A DNA stretch of 64,000 nt from Rhodosorus marinus CCMP1338 (lineage: Eukaryota > Plantae > Rhodophyta): contig JAMWBK010000005.1 of NCBI GenBank assembly GCA_029953675.1, positions 310,001 through 374,000 on the forward strand, read 5' to 3'. A model generated the notes under the pieces. It ran no database searches and had not been told where the DNA came from. It saw only the letters and a program-made list of their open reading frames with translations. A program made the translations under genes and the position numbers. Positions 10,803 through 22,629 of this stretch are shown piece after piece (within the stretch, counting starts at the first letter, position 1; the number at the start of each line of letters is the position of its first letter).

Positions 10803-11302
10803 GGAATATGACAATCCTAGACTAGGCCCCTAGTGCCTTTCTCCAGGTTGTCTAGGAATGCTATTCCTTAAATTATTATTATTCAATGCACGCAAAATAC
10901 AAAAATTGTACTGTAAGCAACAAGATATAGATCATCTTGTCGTAATTTAAGAGTTCTTATCCATTATCCCAAATCGAGCTCAGACACATTTGCCGGTACA
11001 GCTGTGGACGCAAAATAGTAAGCAAAAAACTTGAAACTCCGGAATTGCAGATTGAGGATTGTCCGGTGATAGAGGAGGGAGAGGGAGAGAGGGAGGTGGG
11101 GATTGATTTGAGTGACTGTTATTGTCTTGGAAGGATCTGACAGCATTGAAAGGATTTGAGTAGTTTCTGTTTGTTCTGCTGTGATTTGTTGGGAATGACT
11201 TGGTAAAGCAAGCACATGTTGGAGAGAAGGTTTGGTGCGACGCGACTCGTAGGTTGGTGGGTTTGTACTTCCAGCTGAGCTCGTGTTCTTTGGAAGTTGG
11301 AC

Positions 11303-12611
11303 ATGGGAATTCCAGCTGGATTCGTCTTCGGAACTGTGATTTTGAATGGAAGGCGTCGATCTGATGTTTCAAGGAGGAGGCACAGACCGGCTAGATCCAG
11401 AGTGGTTTCCGCTATTGTGAAGGACCAGAATGAGAGTTTTGATGCTGATGCAATTTTTGCCGACGAGTTTTCGACGGAAAAGAAGCTGCCCTATCAAGAA
11501 CTTGTAAGTTCTCCCAACTTTTAGTCTTCAATAGTGCCCACAGAGCATTCATCTGAATCCGAGTGTCGTCACGCTGGGCTACAGATTGGCAATATTGTGA
11601 ATGCACCAGCCACGGATGCCTTCGTTTCAATGTTAGTGCTTGCTCAATGCGTCTGTTTCGCTGTAGCGTCCATCCCTATCGACGTCTTTCTGCGACAAGC
11701 CCTTGAAGTACTTGATGTTTCGATCACTGGCGTTTTTGTTTTTGAGTACTTCCTGAGGTGGTACAGTGGTGGCGGACTGCGGCCAAGGTGCATCGTCTCA
11801 TCCCATCCTTAGCGTGCCCGTTCGTGGCATGGTCCTGACGGCTCTGCGTGCTTCTCTTGTGCAGATACCTAGCCAAGAAGATTATGATCATAGACCTCCT
11901 CGCTATTTTGCCACCATTTCTTAGTATGGCGACAGACTACAACCTGCAGTTTGTACGGCTGCTGCGAGTTGTTAGAATATTCCGGCTTCAACGGGTTCTT
12001 CAGAAGAAGGAATTCTACAGGCTGTTCGGGATAAAGTCCGCGGTATGAACACGCTCGATTTATCCTCCGGCTGGCGGGCATGCGTTAATGGTTTGTGTGC
12101 CGTTGAGGTTACTGTTCCAGGTTTCAGAGACGAATTTGAGGATTGCAGAGGTGATGGTGACAGTGTTTTCAATCCTGTACGTGTCAAGTGGCTTCCTCTA
12201 CGAGGCAGAGGTAGGATGGCGAGAGCATTCTAAATTCGAAGGCATTTGTTGTGTCTCAACCGTCAGCGTGACTCTGGCTTGCAGGTTGAGGTTAATGGGG
12301 CGATAGACAACTTTTTCGATGCTTTCTATTTCATGGTGGTCACTCTGACGACTGTTGGATTCGGTGACATTACACCAGTGACACCACTCGGCAAGCTTGT
12401 GGTCAGCTGCTCCATAATTACAGGAATCCTGTACATCCCTTATCAATTCGGGCGGTTGGCAGAGGCGGTGCTTGGAGATATGGGTATGATAGAGATGATG
12501 GGAAAGGCACGCAACACGGAGAAGATTGAATGCTTGTCGTGTGGCACAAAGATACATCCCTCAGATTCATCGTACTGCCGGATCTGCGGCAGTAGACTCC
12601 GCTCCAGCTGA
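11303..12611 (+). CDS. 6TM voltage-gated-type K+ channel (bacterial/cyanobacterial-like) with C-terminal zinc ribbon, probable plastid transit peptide, multi-exon
   Basis: S4 FVRLLRVVRIFRLQRV, pore DAFYFMVVTLTTVGFGDITP, C-terminal CLSCG..YCRICG. N-terminus MGIPAGFVFGTV followed by an Arg/Ser-rich stretch. Confidence 0.88.
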
Positions 12612-13075
12612 TCGGCGCATCGTATTTTTCGTGCTATAGAATTTTTTTTCGGTGGACCTAACTGCGCTCCAGCGCTTGGATTGTCATTATTTTGTGCGCG
12701 AACGATGAACTGGATGGCTTTGTAGATTATTCTCTATTTTGTGGGTTTGCGTTTGACAATCCTCAAAACATTACAATTTTTAACTGATACTGATACAAAA
12801 GATACAAAACACACCAAAAGAACTCGACGGAGTGCCCAGAGAGGCGCAATTGACTGGTTTTAACCCGCTTTCGCTCCTGCGGAAAGCTCGTGCGTAAACT
12901 CCTGTCCAAGGGGTCAACGTTTACGTTGCCCAGAGACAGTAAGCTTGAGCGATCAGAGGTATTCACCCCCACCCGCTCCCCCAGACTGGGCCGTGGTGCC
13001 AAAGACGTTTCAAAACCAGTGGTCACGATCAGCTGCATCTCACAACCGGGAGCGCAGTGCGATAATAACAAGTAC

Positions 13076-14921
13076 TCACGACCGGCTTCTGTTCAAGCTC
13101 ATCGTGCTCCTCTTCCGTAACTCACGAGCCCAGTCTCCTGTGTCAACGTTCGAGTCAAACACACCCAGCCGATATCTCAGCTTCGCTTTGCGGCTGATGA
13201 AGCTTGTTCGACTGTCCCAGACACAGCTATAAGATCCGCAAGTCAAATTCAACAGGAGACCCTCTATCATCTGCCCGTTCGCGGAGGACGTCTCTGGCCC
13301 ATATACAACCTCTCCCGAATTGGCTCGAATCTGAAATGTTACGTCACGGTTGACAGCTTCAAACTGAAAGGCAAGGACTGACGTCTCCGAGTCTACTTCA
13401 ATCATTTTCTTAAAACCGTTAGCCTTTGGGATCTCAACCTGCGTTACAGAGCGAGTGCCCAGGAAGAAAAGGTCAGGCGGGACCTCATCAAATCTCCTAG
13501 CCTGCGGATGCCAGGAGGTCCAACACTTTGCGAACAGTGCCCACCTCCTCCAGGGACGTTTCCGCAGAATTCCCGCTAACCGACTTCTGTGCTTCCGCAG
13601 CCGTGACGAAGAACGGTGATTGCGTCGTAACGTTGATCATAAAATCAATATACTTTTTGGACTCCCGTGCGTAAATTTCCATGCCTCTCTTCAACTGGGC
13701 TACCGCGGTCGCAATCGTGTTCTGCTTTGCACAATCATCATCTTTCTCTTGCAGGATCTAATTTCAAACAGAACAAAGATGGCTCAGCGAGAAGCGAAGC
13801 AATACCCTAATTTCCTGGCTCCAATGGAGTTGAGATCCTACGTGTAAGATACATGCCACTAGCAAATGTGCTTGATTCGCAAACGCGGTTTGTCGGTATA
13901 AATTAGGACCATACTTCAGTCGGAGTTCTTCAGTAGGCCCGTTCTTGGAGTTTATCTCTCTAGCAAAGTCCAGCAACACCTGCGTTCCAGGGGAATACAT
14001 TAGAGCTTGTCCTAGTCTGAGGGTTGTGGTAGAACGCGTGCGCGGTTAAAGGCGACTTACCTCAGGGCATCCACTGATCATTCTGATCGCAAATTTTTTC
14101 ACACCGCTTTCCGTACTAAGGGCTGCAAGACTGGCTCGTCGCTCGAACTGTTGTTTCCAGTACAGATCGTATTTTTCCGCCAAAGTACCCCCATTGCTCA
14201 GTAGTGTCTCCACTGCTGCTTTGTACTGAAGGTGCACAAGAGGGACGGGATCAATGTCCGCAATACGATCCAAATGTGTTTGAAGACAGCGACGGATCCC
14301 CCAACAGGTGGATTCCAACGCCATTCAGGAGATTCAATACCTTTGTTTCCTTTCTTTCGCGCAAGGAGTTGATGACTTTCTTTCTCCAGTCATCGGGCAG
14401 AAACTCGTCCAGAATTCCGTTGACCTTGTCAGCCTGAAATTTCTGAAAACGTTCATAGCTATCATACGATTCGATGGCGAGAGATATGATAATGGACAGA
14501 TGGTCTGTACAAGTCCAAAAAAGATATGGAAAACAAAATAACGACGCGAAACGCAAGTTTAACTTCCCGGTTTACATTGGTACACAAGCGCACTGCTCCA
14601 AGGATTCCGATCACCTTTCAAATCAGTTGGAGCAAGGGCCTTTGCTATTTCAGCCTTCGACGCAACCTCCTCACATTGCCATCTGTTATAATACATGTTC
14701 AGATCAATATGCTTGGGCAACTCCACAACGAGCTTGTCCCGATCCACCGCGTCCCAAACATCCAGCTTCTCGCACATACCCTCCATCCCCTTCCTCGCCT
14801 CACCAAACTCATCAGGAAGTTCATCAATTGGAAAATCCTTATAAAACTCCCTCAAGTACTCTCTTGTTATAGGTACCAGAGTCGAGTTGGTCTCACCAGC
14901 GCTACTACTCCTCAACGCCAT
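13076..14921 (-). CDS. Conserved protein with C-terminal GOLD domain (similar to the plant At5g01010-type family), multi-exon
   Basis: LVPITREYLREFYKDFP, KHIDLNMYYNRWQCEEV, GGTLAEKYDLYWKQQFERRASLA, QVLLDFAREINSKNGPTEELRLKYGPNLY, SPFFVTA and GSYSCVWDSRTSFISRK match my recollection of that family. Confidence 0.75.
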
Positions 14922-15939
14922 CTCCACTCAAACCTCACTCCCAAACAAAGTCCCCCTCCCCCCAAAACCCAGCAAAAAAATCAAACTAACGAACTTCTAA
15001 AGCTACCTCTTTCCAAACTTCATCCTCAGGATCCACAATTCATCCAACACTGCACCGGTACAAAGACATAAAATTCATAAACCATTTCCCACAAGTATAT
15101 AGCCAACGGCCTCTTCTATCTTCTCTGCACACAGCCAGAAGAGCCTCTCCACCCCGACGGTTAATCTTTTTTGCACAGCCTGACAGCTTGCAGTTCGTAC
15201 TCTAGCATTCCTAAACCAGCTGCCGAGCAAAAAGTCAGATACTGGCGTTTTAGCGTCACAAATAAAATTCAGTCAATATATATATTTCTCTCAAAATATA
15301 TTGTTTCCAAGACAATAATCAATCAATTATTCGATGACACTAAACCAGTCGGAAAAGGAATCCCTCCAACACGACAGAAGAGGACAAAAAAAACTTCCAA
15401 AAAACTCCAATCCATCCGATTCCGTCAGGAATCGCAAAACTATTGATAGTGTCACCATCTAGTGCTCATCTAAACAAAAAATATTTCCCGATGTTGGTTG
15501 CAATTATCTCAAAATCAAAGGTGACACTGTAATCCGATTATCAAGAGATTTCCTTATCAATCAAAAAAGAATACGATGATTTGATTGGTTGAGAATCCCG
15601 CCCCCAGAGTGTACACTAAAGCTGTTCAGTCGCTGGAACCCTCGAACCCCTATATAAAATGTATTTTTGATGAAATTGCGAGCAATGTCCGACGAGAGCA
15701 AATTTTAGGACAAAAATTCTTATATTTGGGGCCTTGATGACTAGAAAAATGAGAATTTGTCTTGCTGATATATATATTTCCAAATATTCGTTTTTCACCG
15801 GAATTCTGGTTCTGTTGAATAGGATAAAGTTTGGCTAGAGTTGTTGGCCCCCGAGAGGGAGCCAGGTTCGTATTGGCGGTGCTTGCACACCGCTGGAGCG
15901 GCCGCAGCGTTGGATGTTGATATGAGCCCATGTTCGTTT

Positions 15940-16171
15940 CCAGCTACCCTCTCCCGGAAATAACATCGATGCAGCCATCGTAGTTCAGATACGTGAGCAT
16001 CTGGAGCGTCCATCTCCCGAATGTTGACCTGTTCAACAAAAGCTTTTCGCATCCCCAATTCCTGCGGCAAGGCAGGGAACAGGTCGGCATTCGGGAGATG
16101 GACGCTCCAGATGCTCACTTATCTGAACTACGATGACTACATCGAGGTTCTTTCCGGGAGTAGATAGCTGG
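15940..16171. repeat. Long inverted repeat / fold-back: 95-bp arms (15940-16034, 16077-16171), 42-nt loop
   Basis: Base-by-base alignment gives 85/95 matching positions, no indels and a 31-bp perfect core (15993-16023). Confidence 0.95.
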
Positions 16172-17330
16172 GCCCCAGCACTTGTTATCCAAAATAGTAG
16201 CCCGGATTGTGAGAGATGATAGCATGCGACAAGTGATTGTTTTCGACTGCATGGTGTTCTCGTATAATTGATTGATTATCGTGGTGGAAACAAGGAGTTT
16301 TCAGGAAAACAAAACATATTGCCATATATAGCACTCCCCAACGAACATTCGGCAATGGCTTTGGAGGGTCTTAGAGTACCGAGGTGGGTTGAGCTTGGGT
16401 GCCTTGGTCCGTGCAACGTACCAATGATTGGAAGTGGTTGCGGCTGAGAATGAAGTCCATTACTCAACTTACGTAGCGCAAGAGCAAGCAGGGCCTCTCG
16501 GGTGTTGTCCGTTTGTACGAATCTGGGCGATTAAAGCCACCCAGAACCTTGCTTGCAGTGCTCTGCAAGATATCCAAAAAAGAGCCGAATAGGTCTGGAT
16601 ATCGACAACTGAACGCGCGCCTACCCGCTGATAATTAAATAACTTCGAAAACTTACGACCAAGCATAGAGCTTACTTCTCCACGGGATTCGTTTAAAACC
16701 TCTCCCAGGCCGTTGGAAACCTAAAGCTATCTTCCCCCGTGGATCGTTACAATCTAGGAAGACTTTAACAACAAACACAAATCCAAACACTCCCTCCTAC
16801 CGCTTCACAATTATCCCCACAACCACAGCAGCATATACGAGGATCACCGGAAAACCTTATATTCCAGTTTAGCAAGATCGTTAGCAAAACGTTCAATTCT
16901 TTTTAAAAACTAGACAGCAAAATGCAGATTGGAAAATACTATCTGCCTCTTGATGAAAACACGTTTCCGTAATCTAATTCAATACAGAACCGCCGGTTAT
17001 TGAAAACGCTGCGGTTTGATCAGAATCAGAAGTTTTTGTACCTGCTGCAAAAGTATTTATTAAGTTAGAATACAATAACTAATAATTCCGAATCTCAATT
17101 GGCTGGCTTACTGTGCATACTTTCTGTTTAGGACACCACGGTAAATATACAAAATTGCTCGAATGCAGAGTGTTCTTTGGCCACTGGAGCAGTTCATTCG
17201 CAAGACTATCACAGGAGAACGCTGCAGGATCGGAAGACTATCTAGTTGAAGGAGTACTGAAGTACACGCAACGTTGATGAGGCTCCACATCGATATGGCA
17301 TTTGTGGATTGGTGAACTAGGGTTGATGCC

Positions 17331-17681
17331 CTAGAACGGGAGCTCAGTGTTTCTGGAACCAAATGCTGGATGATCGGAATCTAATCGCACGTTAAGGGAC
17401 ATTTTCGAGGAGTAAACGCTTAATAAGAAGCTCCAAGACGACTTGGCTCTTCGAACAGCGGACTCTCTGTCTATGACTTTGCTCACCCTGGCCGGTCTAT
17501 CCAGATCTAGACTCTTAAACCGTCCATGAGACTTCACTGGAAACCTCTGGCCAAGTCCGTCTAACCGCCGAACTTTGCTGAAGTCCCAAAAAAACCTTCT
17601 CATGGGCTCTCCATTCCACTGCAAACCTGTCCTCCACAGAGTTGCCGTCGATGACCACACCAGAGGAAGAGAAACGTCCAT
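17331..17681 (-). CDS. Hypothetical protein (possible, ~116 aa from the first ATG)
   Basis: Open frame in otherwise gene-free space, oriented away from the AT-rich spacer shared with CtpA. No recognisable motif. Confidence 0.2.
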   Translation of the reverse strand: MDVSLPLVWSSTATLWRTGLQWNGEPMRRFFWDFSKVRRLDGLGQRFPVKSHGRFKSLDLDRPARVSKVIDRESAVRRAKSSWSFLLSVYSSKMSLNVRLDSDHPAFGSRNTELPF

Positions 17682-18029
17682 CAAATAGTTCCCTAATAGT
17701 CCCACATCCCAGATTCAACATACATCCATTAACTTATTTTCGAAATTCTTATACTAAGATCCCAAACCAAAACATCATCACCAAATCCCTCTTGAAAATC
17801 CTATATTTTGACCCCAAAGTTTTGCTCAACTGATGAATTTGTTTTGAAAAAGCCTATTTGATGAATCGCGTCAAAAAGGGGTAAAAACAATCATCGGTTA
17901 AATTTGTTTTGAAAATGGTGATGATTTTGATATGAATCACATTGGGCGATAGGAGAGCATCGTCATCTCACCATCTCAGCAAGGAATATATACATTTTGG
18001 TTTTGCTTATGATTTATAAATGGATGGAA

Positions 18030-18063
18030 GATGGAGATGGAGATGGAGATGGAGATGGAGATG
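18030..18063. repeat. (GATGGA)5+ microsatellite upstream of CtpA
   Basis: Read directly; it gives the DGDGDG run in ORF 17997-18401. Confidence 0.9.
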
Positions 18064-18149
18064 TAGGGCGTAGTGGGATGAGCCAATTTTTGTGTGTGAG
18101 TGAAGACGGGATTATTAGAATCCGTGATTGGAGCTGTCGAAAGGTTTCA

Positions 18150-20173
18150 ATGTTTTGTTACATAAGTGGATGGAGCAATATACAACGTGTGCGTCGACGT
18201 GGTGGTATCGTGTGCGTTTATGGAGAGCGCCGTACGTGGCGGAATGTGGCGAGCGGTTTGGCGCTTGGGGTAGCGCTCTTGAGCATGCCTCCCGGTCTCG
18301 CTGATCAAGTGGCATCAGCACGGGAAAGTCCGGTTGAAGTTGCGCAGGCTATGAAGGAGATGGATATTAAGCTGAACAAGTCTATTTTCGAGGAGGCGTA
18401 AGGTTTTCTTTCATGTGACTCCACCCCGGATGCACTCTGCGATTCTCATCATGTCGTTGCTGTCTGACGTTTAGGTGGGGTGCCGTGTATACTATGTATT
18501 ATGATACTACTGCTGGAGAGCGATGGTCAGCTGACGACTGGATAGATGCTCGGAGTCATGTATTTGATTCGGGAAAGCTTGTTTTCTCTTCAAGGGAGAG
18601 AACACATGACGCAATAAGGGACATCGTCTCCGCTATTGGAGACCCTTACACGAGATTTTTGACTCCTGAAGAATACAGATATGAGCTTGAAGCTCGATCT
18701 GATAAAGTTTTGAACAATGCTGGCATCGGCCTGCAGGTACGAAGGGATGAACAACAAGCCCCTGTTCCTCTAACTTGGAGCTGGTCGTCTTCTCATTATG
18801 AGAGGTCGGGTCTCTAAGCTCCACCTTTTCTGTTTCATCGATTCACGCCGATTATACATAACAGTTGGTGGATCCTTTTGACGGTGTGGATGACTTGCAG
18901 ATCCTGGCTCCTCTCCCCGAGTCTCCCGCGGAACGAGCAGGTATCCATCCTGGTGATTATTTAGAAGCTATTGACGACATCGACATAGCCTATGCGCATA
19001 TGACCCCCGACGAAGCGATAGCCGTTCTTCGAGGACCTGAGGGAACTCCCGTGTCGCTCACATTGCGCACGGATGCCAGCGACCGTAAGGAGATTCTTCT
19101 CAACCGAAGACCGCTCTCAATGAAAGCAGTGCGATCCGAAGTCGTCGAAAATGAGCTCGGGAAAACAGGCTACGTCAGAATTCATTTGTTCACCTCCAGA
19201 GCGAGAGAGGAACTGGTACGTCACTGAAACCCTACAGGAAGTCCTCGGTGACGACAGGGATTGCGGCTCTGACCCGATGATATCTGAACAGGTGGACAAT
19301 ATACGAAGTATGATCGTAGATGGTGTGGATGCAATAGTAATAGACGTGCGAAACTGCTTGGGTGGTGTCTTCCAGGAGGCTCTCGTAATTGCTTCAGCGT
19401 TTATCGATTGTCCAGATTGCGTTTTAGTGCAAACTCTGGATGGAAACGGTATGATCAAGACCTGAGCTTTTAGAATCAATCTTTATGGCGTCCATATTGC
19501 ATGGCCACGTTCGATAAGATTACCCAAACGCGAGCGTCTACCATAATCTTAATCATCGCTCTTCGATTCTCGCCATCGAAAAAAAGGAATCGAGAGAAAC
19601 CATATCGTTGAGAAACAGCGCTGTGTTTTGCCCGGAGTAATTGTACCAACGAATATTCCCATGGCAGTGCTGGTGAACGGCGGAAGCGCGAGGTAAAGAG
19701 TAGCCGTGTTGGTCATACTTTTGCGCAGTGTTTCGATCACGACGAGCTGTTGGGTGCAGGGCCGAAAAGCACAACCATCTTTCCAATTGTGCCGAACTCC
19801 CTGGCCCTGCATGTATCAGCTTTTTTGCTGAGATAAGAAACTAAGTCAAGTCTTCGTTTCGACCTCTTCCTTCTACAGTTCCAGCGAGGTGCTCGCAGTT
19901 GCTCTCAAAGAGAATGGTCGGGCGACGCTGATTGGGGAGAGGACGTTTGGGAAGGGGCTCATTCAGCATTCGTTTGTTCTTCGTGATGGAAGCGCAGTTA
20001 CTATGACCGTAGCAGAATATGTAACGCCGCGACGTCATCAGCATCTACAGAATAAAGGAGCCAGACCGGATATCGCTTGCAGAGCAGCACCTGCAAAGTC
20101 GGCAACGGAGGACCTGTGCGTAGATCGGGCGAGTAGGGCGCTTCTACTACCCAGACAAACAGGAGTCTTGTAG
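18150..20173 (+). CDS. ctpA: Plastid C-terminal processing peptidase (S41A, CtpA family) with PDZ domain, multi-exon; start codon uncertain
   Basis: GDPYTRFLTPEEY, PDZ (PESPAERAGIHPGDYL), GYVRIHLF, IVIDVRNCLGG, catalytic VLVNGGSAS/SSEVLA (spliced) and TFGKG, AEYVTP. N-terminus resembles a bipartite transit peptide. Confidence 0.9.
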
Positions 20174-20403
20174 GAAACCAAACTTGAACTTTTTGAAACC
20201 AGCGGTGATCCTTCGCTGGCACAGCTGAGGAACAACAGCGCCAGTGATAATCACGGGTGTACCGAGCGGCGGTTCCTATATGAGAATGTGTGAGGAAAAA
20301 ATCATAAGACGGATGCCGCAGTGGTCCAGGACGTAGGATCTTGTGGTCCACGGAGTAGTAGGAGTTGCCAGACATGTTTTGGAAGTCAATTGTTGTACGA
20401 TTT

Positions 20404-20834
20404 TCAATTAATATTTGTACCACGAAAATTTCGAAAAATCAGATTATCCATGAACGCGAGAATGCCGCCTAGCTGCGACTCTACTCCAACGCCTATCCCA
20501 ACACCTAGACAGAGGAGAATGTACCGAAAACAACACTTAGTGCTCGCAAAAACTACACCACAAGAAACGCGAATTCTCCCGGCCGGTTGGTATGCGGAGA
20601 TCACATTCAGATTGGGGGGAAACACATACCTGCGCAAATCCCAGCGCCCACTGACGCGCCAATATTAATCCTCGGGTTCGGTAGCCCAAGGCCAAAGACC
20701 CGTCCATTCCCTACCGAGACGCCCAAGCAAAGTCCACCCCCACCAGCAATCCTCATCGACATTATCCGATCCAGGACCGTAGGGTCAGAAAACCTCGAGT
20801 TTCCTCTCCTAGCGGCAACCTCAATCCCATCCAT
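20404..20834 (-). CDS. Small glycine-rich putative membrane protein (~101 aa, 2 exons)
   Basis: Intron 20505-20629 (GTATGT...TCTAG) joins ...IAGGGGLCLGVSVGNGRVFGLGLPNPRINIGASVGAGICAG to VGIGVGVESQLGGILAFMDNLIFRNFRGTNIN*. Confidence 0.5.
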
Positions 20835-21622
20835 CTTCGAAGGGCCAAGTCTAGTATCCCCGCCTATCCCAGCCCATGGTAACCTCATCCTCGTTCACCC
20901 TAGTCCCAACACCCACCCCCCCCTTAAAAAACCAAATACCCAACTATCTAATTTAACACTAAACAGCTCCACTCCACAGTCCACAACTATTCCTCATCCA
21001 ACAAAAAATTCTACAACTAGAAAACAACAATTTCCTTGCCAGAATCTTGAAAATGCAGCCCACAAATACTCAAAAGCTCATCATACCATCAAGCCGAACG
21101 AAAGCGATCCTTCTCCTCATCTTCATCAACACCCAAAAAAAATTTCACCACTGGCAGAAACTCCATCTCAAGAAAATCGATCGGATCTTCGTTTTTTATA
21201 AACTTTTCACCGCGATGAATACGAACCCCTTAAAACGGATCCAAAATCCAAGCCCTTCATAGTTCGTTGATTTTATATCAGTTTTCAATATATGGCGACG
21301 ACCCTAGCTTATATTGTTTTACAATCAAATTTAATCCATTAAACAAATACGTTGGCTGCGTTTACTATATATTGACTAGAGAATTCTAAATGTACGTTTT
21401 CAACGTTCATATACTATTTTTGAAAAATAATAGTAATACTTTTGAGCTGTATATTACAGATATGAAATCATAATTATGTGTCTGGGGATAAATGAAATAT
21501 TTATAAAATTTAACCGCATGAGTCCGAATCTTGTATTGAATGGCAGGATCAATCGAAAAACATTTGAAAACATTTTATGGTGTTGATCAGGATAAGGGTG
21601 ACGGACAGGAAGGCACGCACGC

Positions 21623-21652
21623 GAATCGGGTTCGTAGTTACGAACCCGGTTC
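21623..21652. repeat. 30-bp near-perfect palindrome
   Basis: gaatcgggttcgta-gt-tacgaacccggttc: 14-bp arms with one T:G pair. Confidence 0.85.
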
Positions 21653-22629
21653 GAGCTTAACCTCGTCCACGCAAACCGGGTACTTTCCGGGATACGGTAA
21701 TCTATCTGGATTTTTCCTTTTTGCATAGGATAGCTAGCCAGGAATTGGCGTGTGCATCGCCATAGCTGGGGTCAGAGTTGAAGCAGTAGCGGGGTTGACG
21801 TTCTCACGGACTGCGTGAGCGGAGTTAGATTCCTCCATGCCTACACAGCCATTCTTTTGATACCGTGAAAAAATTCCGAGAGTCGTTATGAGGTCTCCAC
21901 TCTTGCCCCCCAGACGGTCTAGCGCTTGTGGGCCGATAAGTTAGGGCAGCCGTAGTACTTTACTCGCTGAACAGTTCGCAACGCCAGTGTGAAAGTCCGA
22001 AAGCTCACGAACTCTGATCACAGCGCAATTCACTACGCTCAACGACAGCGATAGGCCTGCAGCACTACAAGCAGATTTTCCCCCCAGATGACATCAAGGA
22101 TACTAGTCAACTTCGGTGTGCAAAAGTTTACTGAGAAGAAGATAGAAAGCGAGCAAGGAGTAAAACAGTGTTTCCTTGGGTTTCAAGCTTTGACAGTGAA
22201 TTTTATCCCTGCAACTGGCTTGTAATGCCTTTGTCATATGCTAGTGCGTCTTCTCCCGCTCTATTTCAAGTTCCTGTTCATTGGGCTGTGGAGAGATGCG
22301 TGTTTACAGTCAGTTTGGCTGTTGCGCGAGCAGCAGCCCCCCGCCAGCAGCTCCCTCCCTTCTGTTACTCGCCTATTCTAGGTGATTTTGGCCTATTATT
22401 TAGAGAAGTAGCCTGAGTAACCGAGACCAAAACCGTCAGTTGGTTCTAATTTTGAAATTTTTGGTATACGCCGGCTGGCTAAATACAAAAAAATTACTCT
22501 CACAACTTAAGCATTATGGTCGTAACGGGAAGTGTCCGTTTCTGTCCTTGGGAGTTGTTGCTAGGAGGCTGGCAGATGGACAGGGTCGGGCTCACATCAA
22601 GCTGAAGGAGCTGAGGGTACAGGAAACAA

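Noticed and set aside
15795-16118. 107-aa minus-strand ORF across the hairpin, and the idea that arm differences are codon-constrained
   Set aside because: No recognisable domain. In the most protein-like frame only 2 of 10 arm differences are synonymous, so there is no sign of coding selection.
20587-21201. 204-aa Pro-rich plus-strand ORF
   Set aside because: Low-complexity shadow of a spliced minus-strand gene and its G/T-rich leader.
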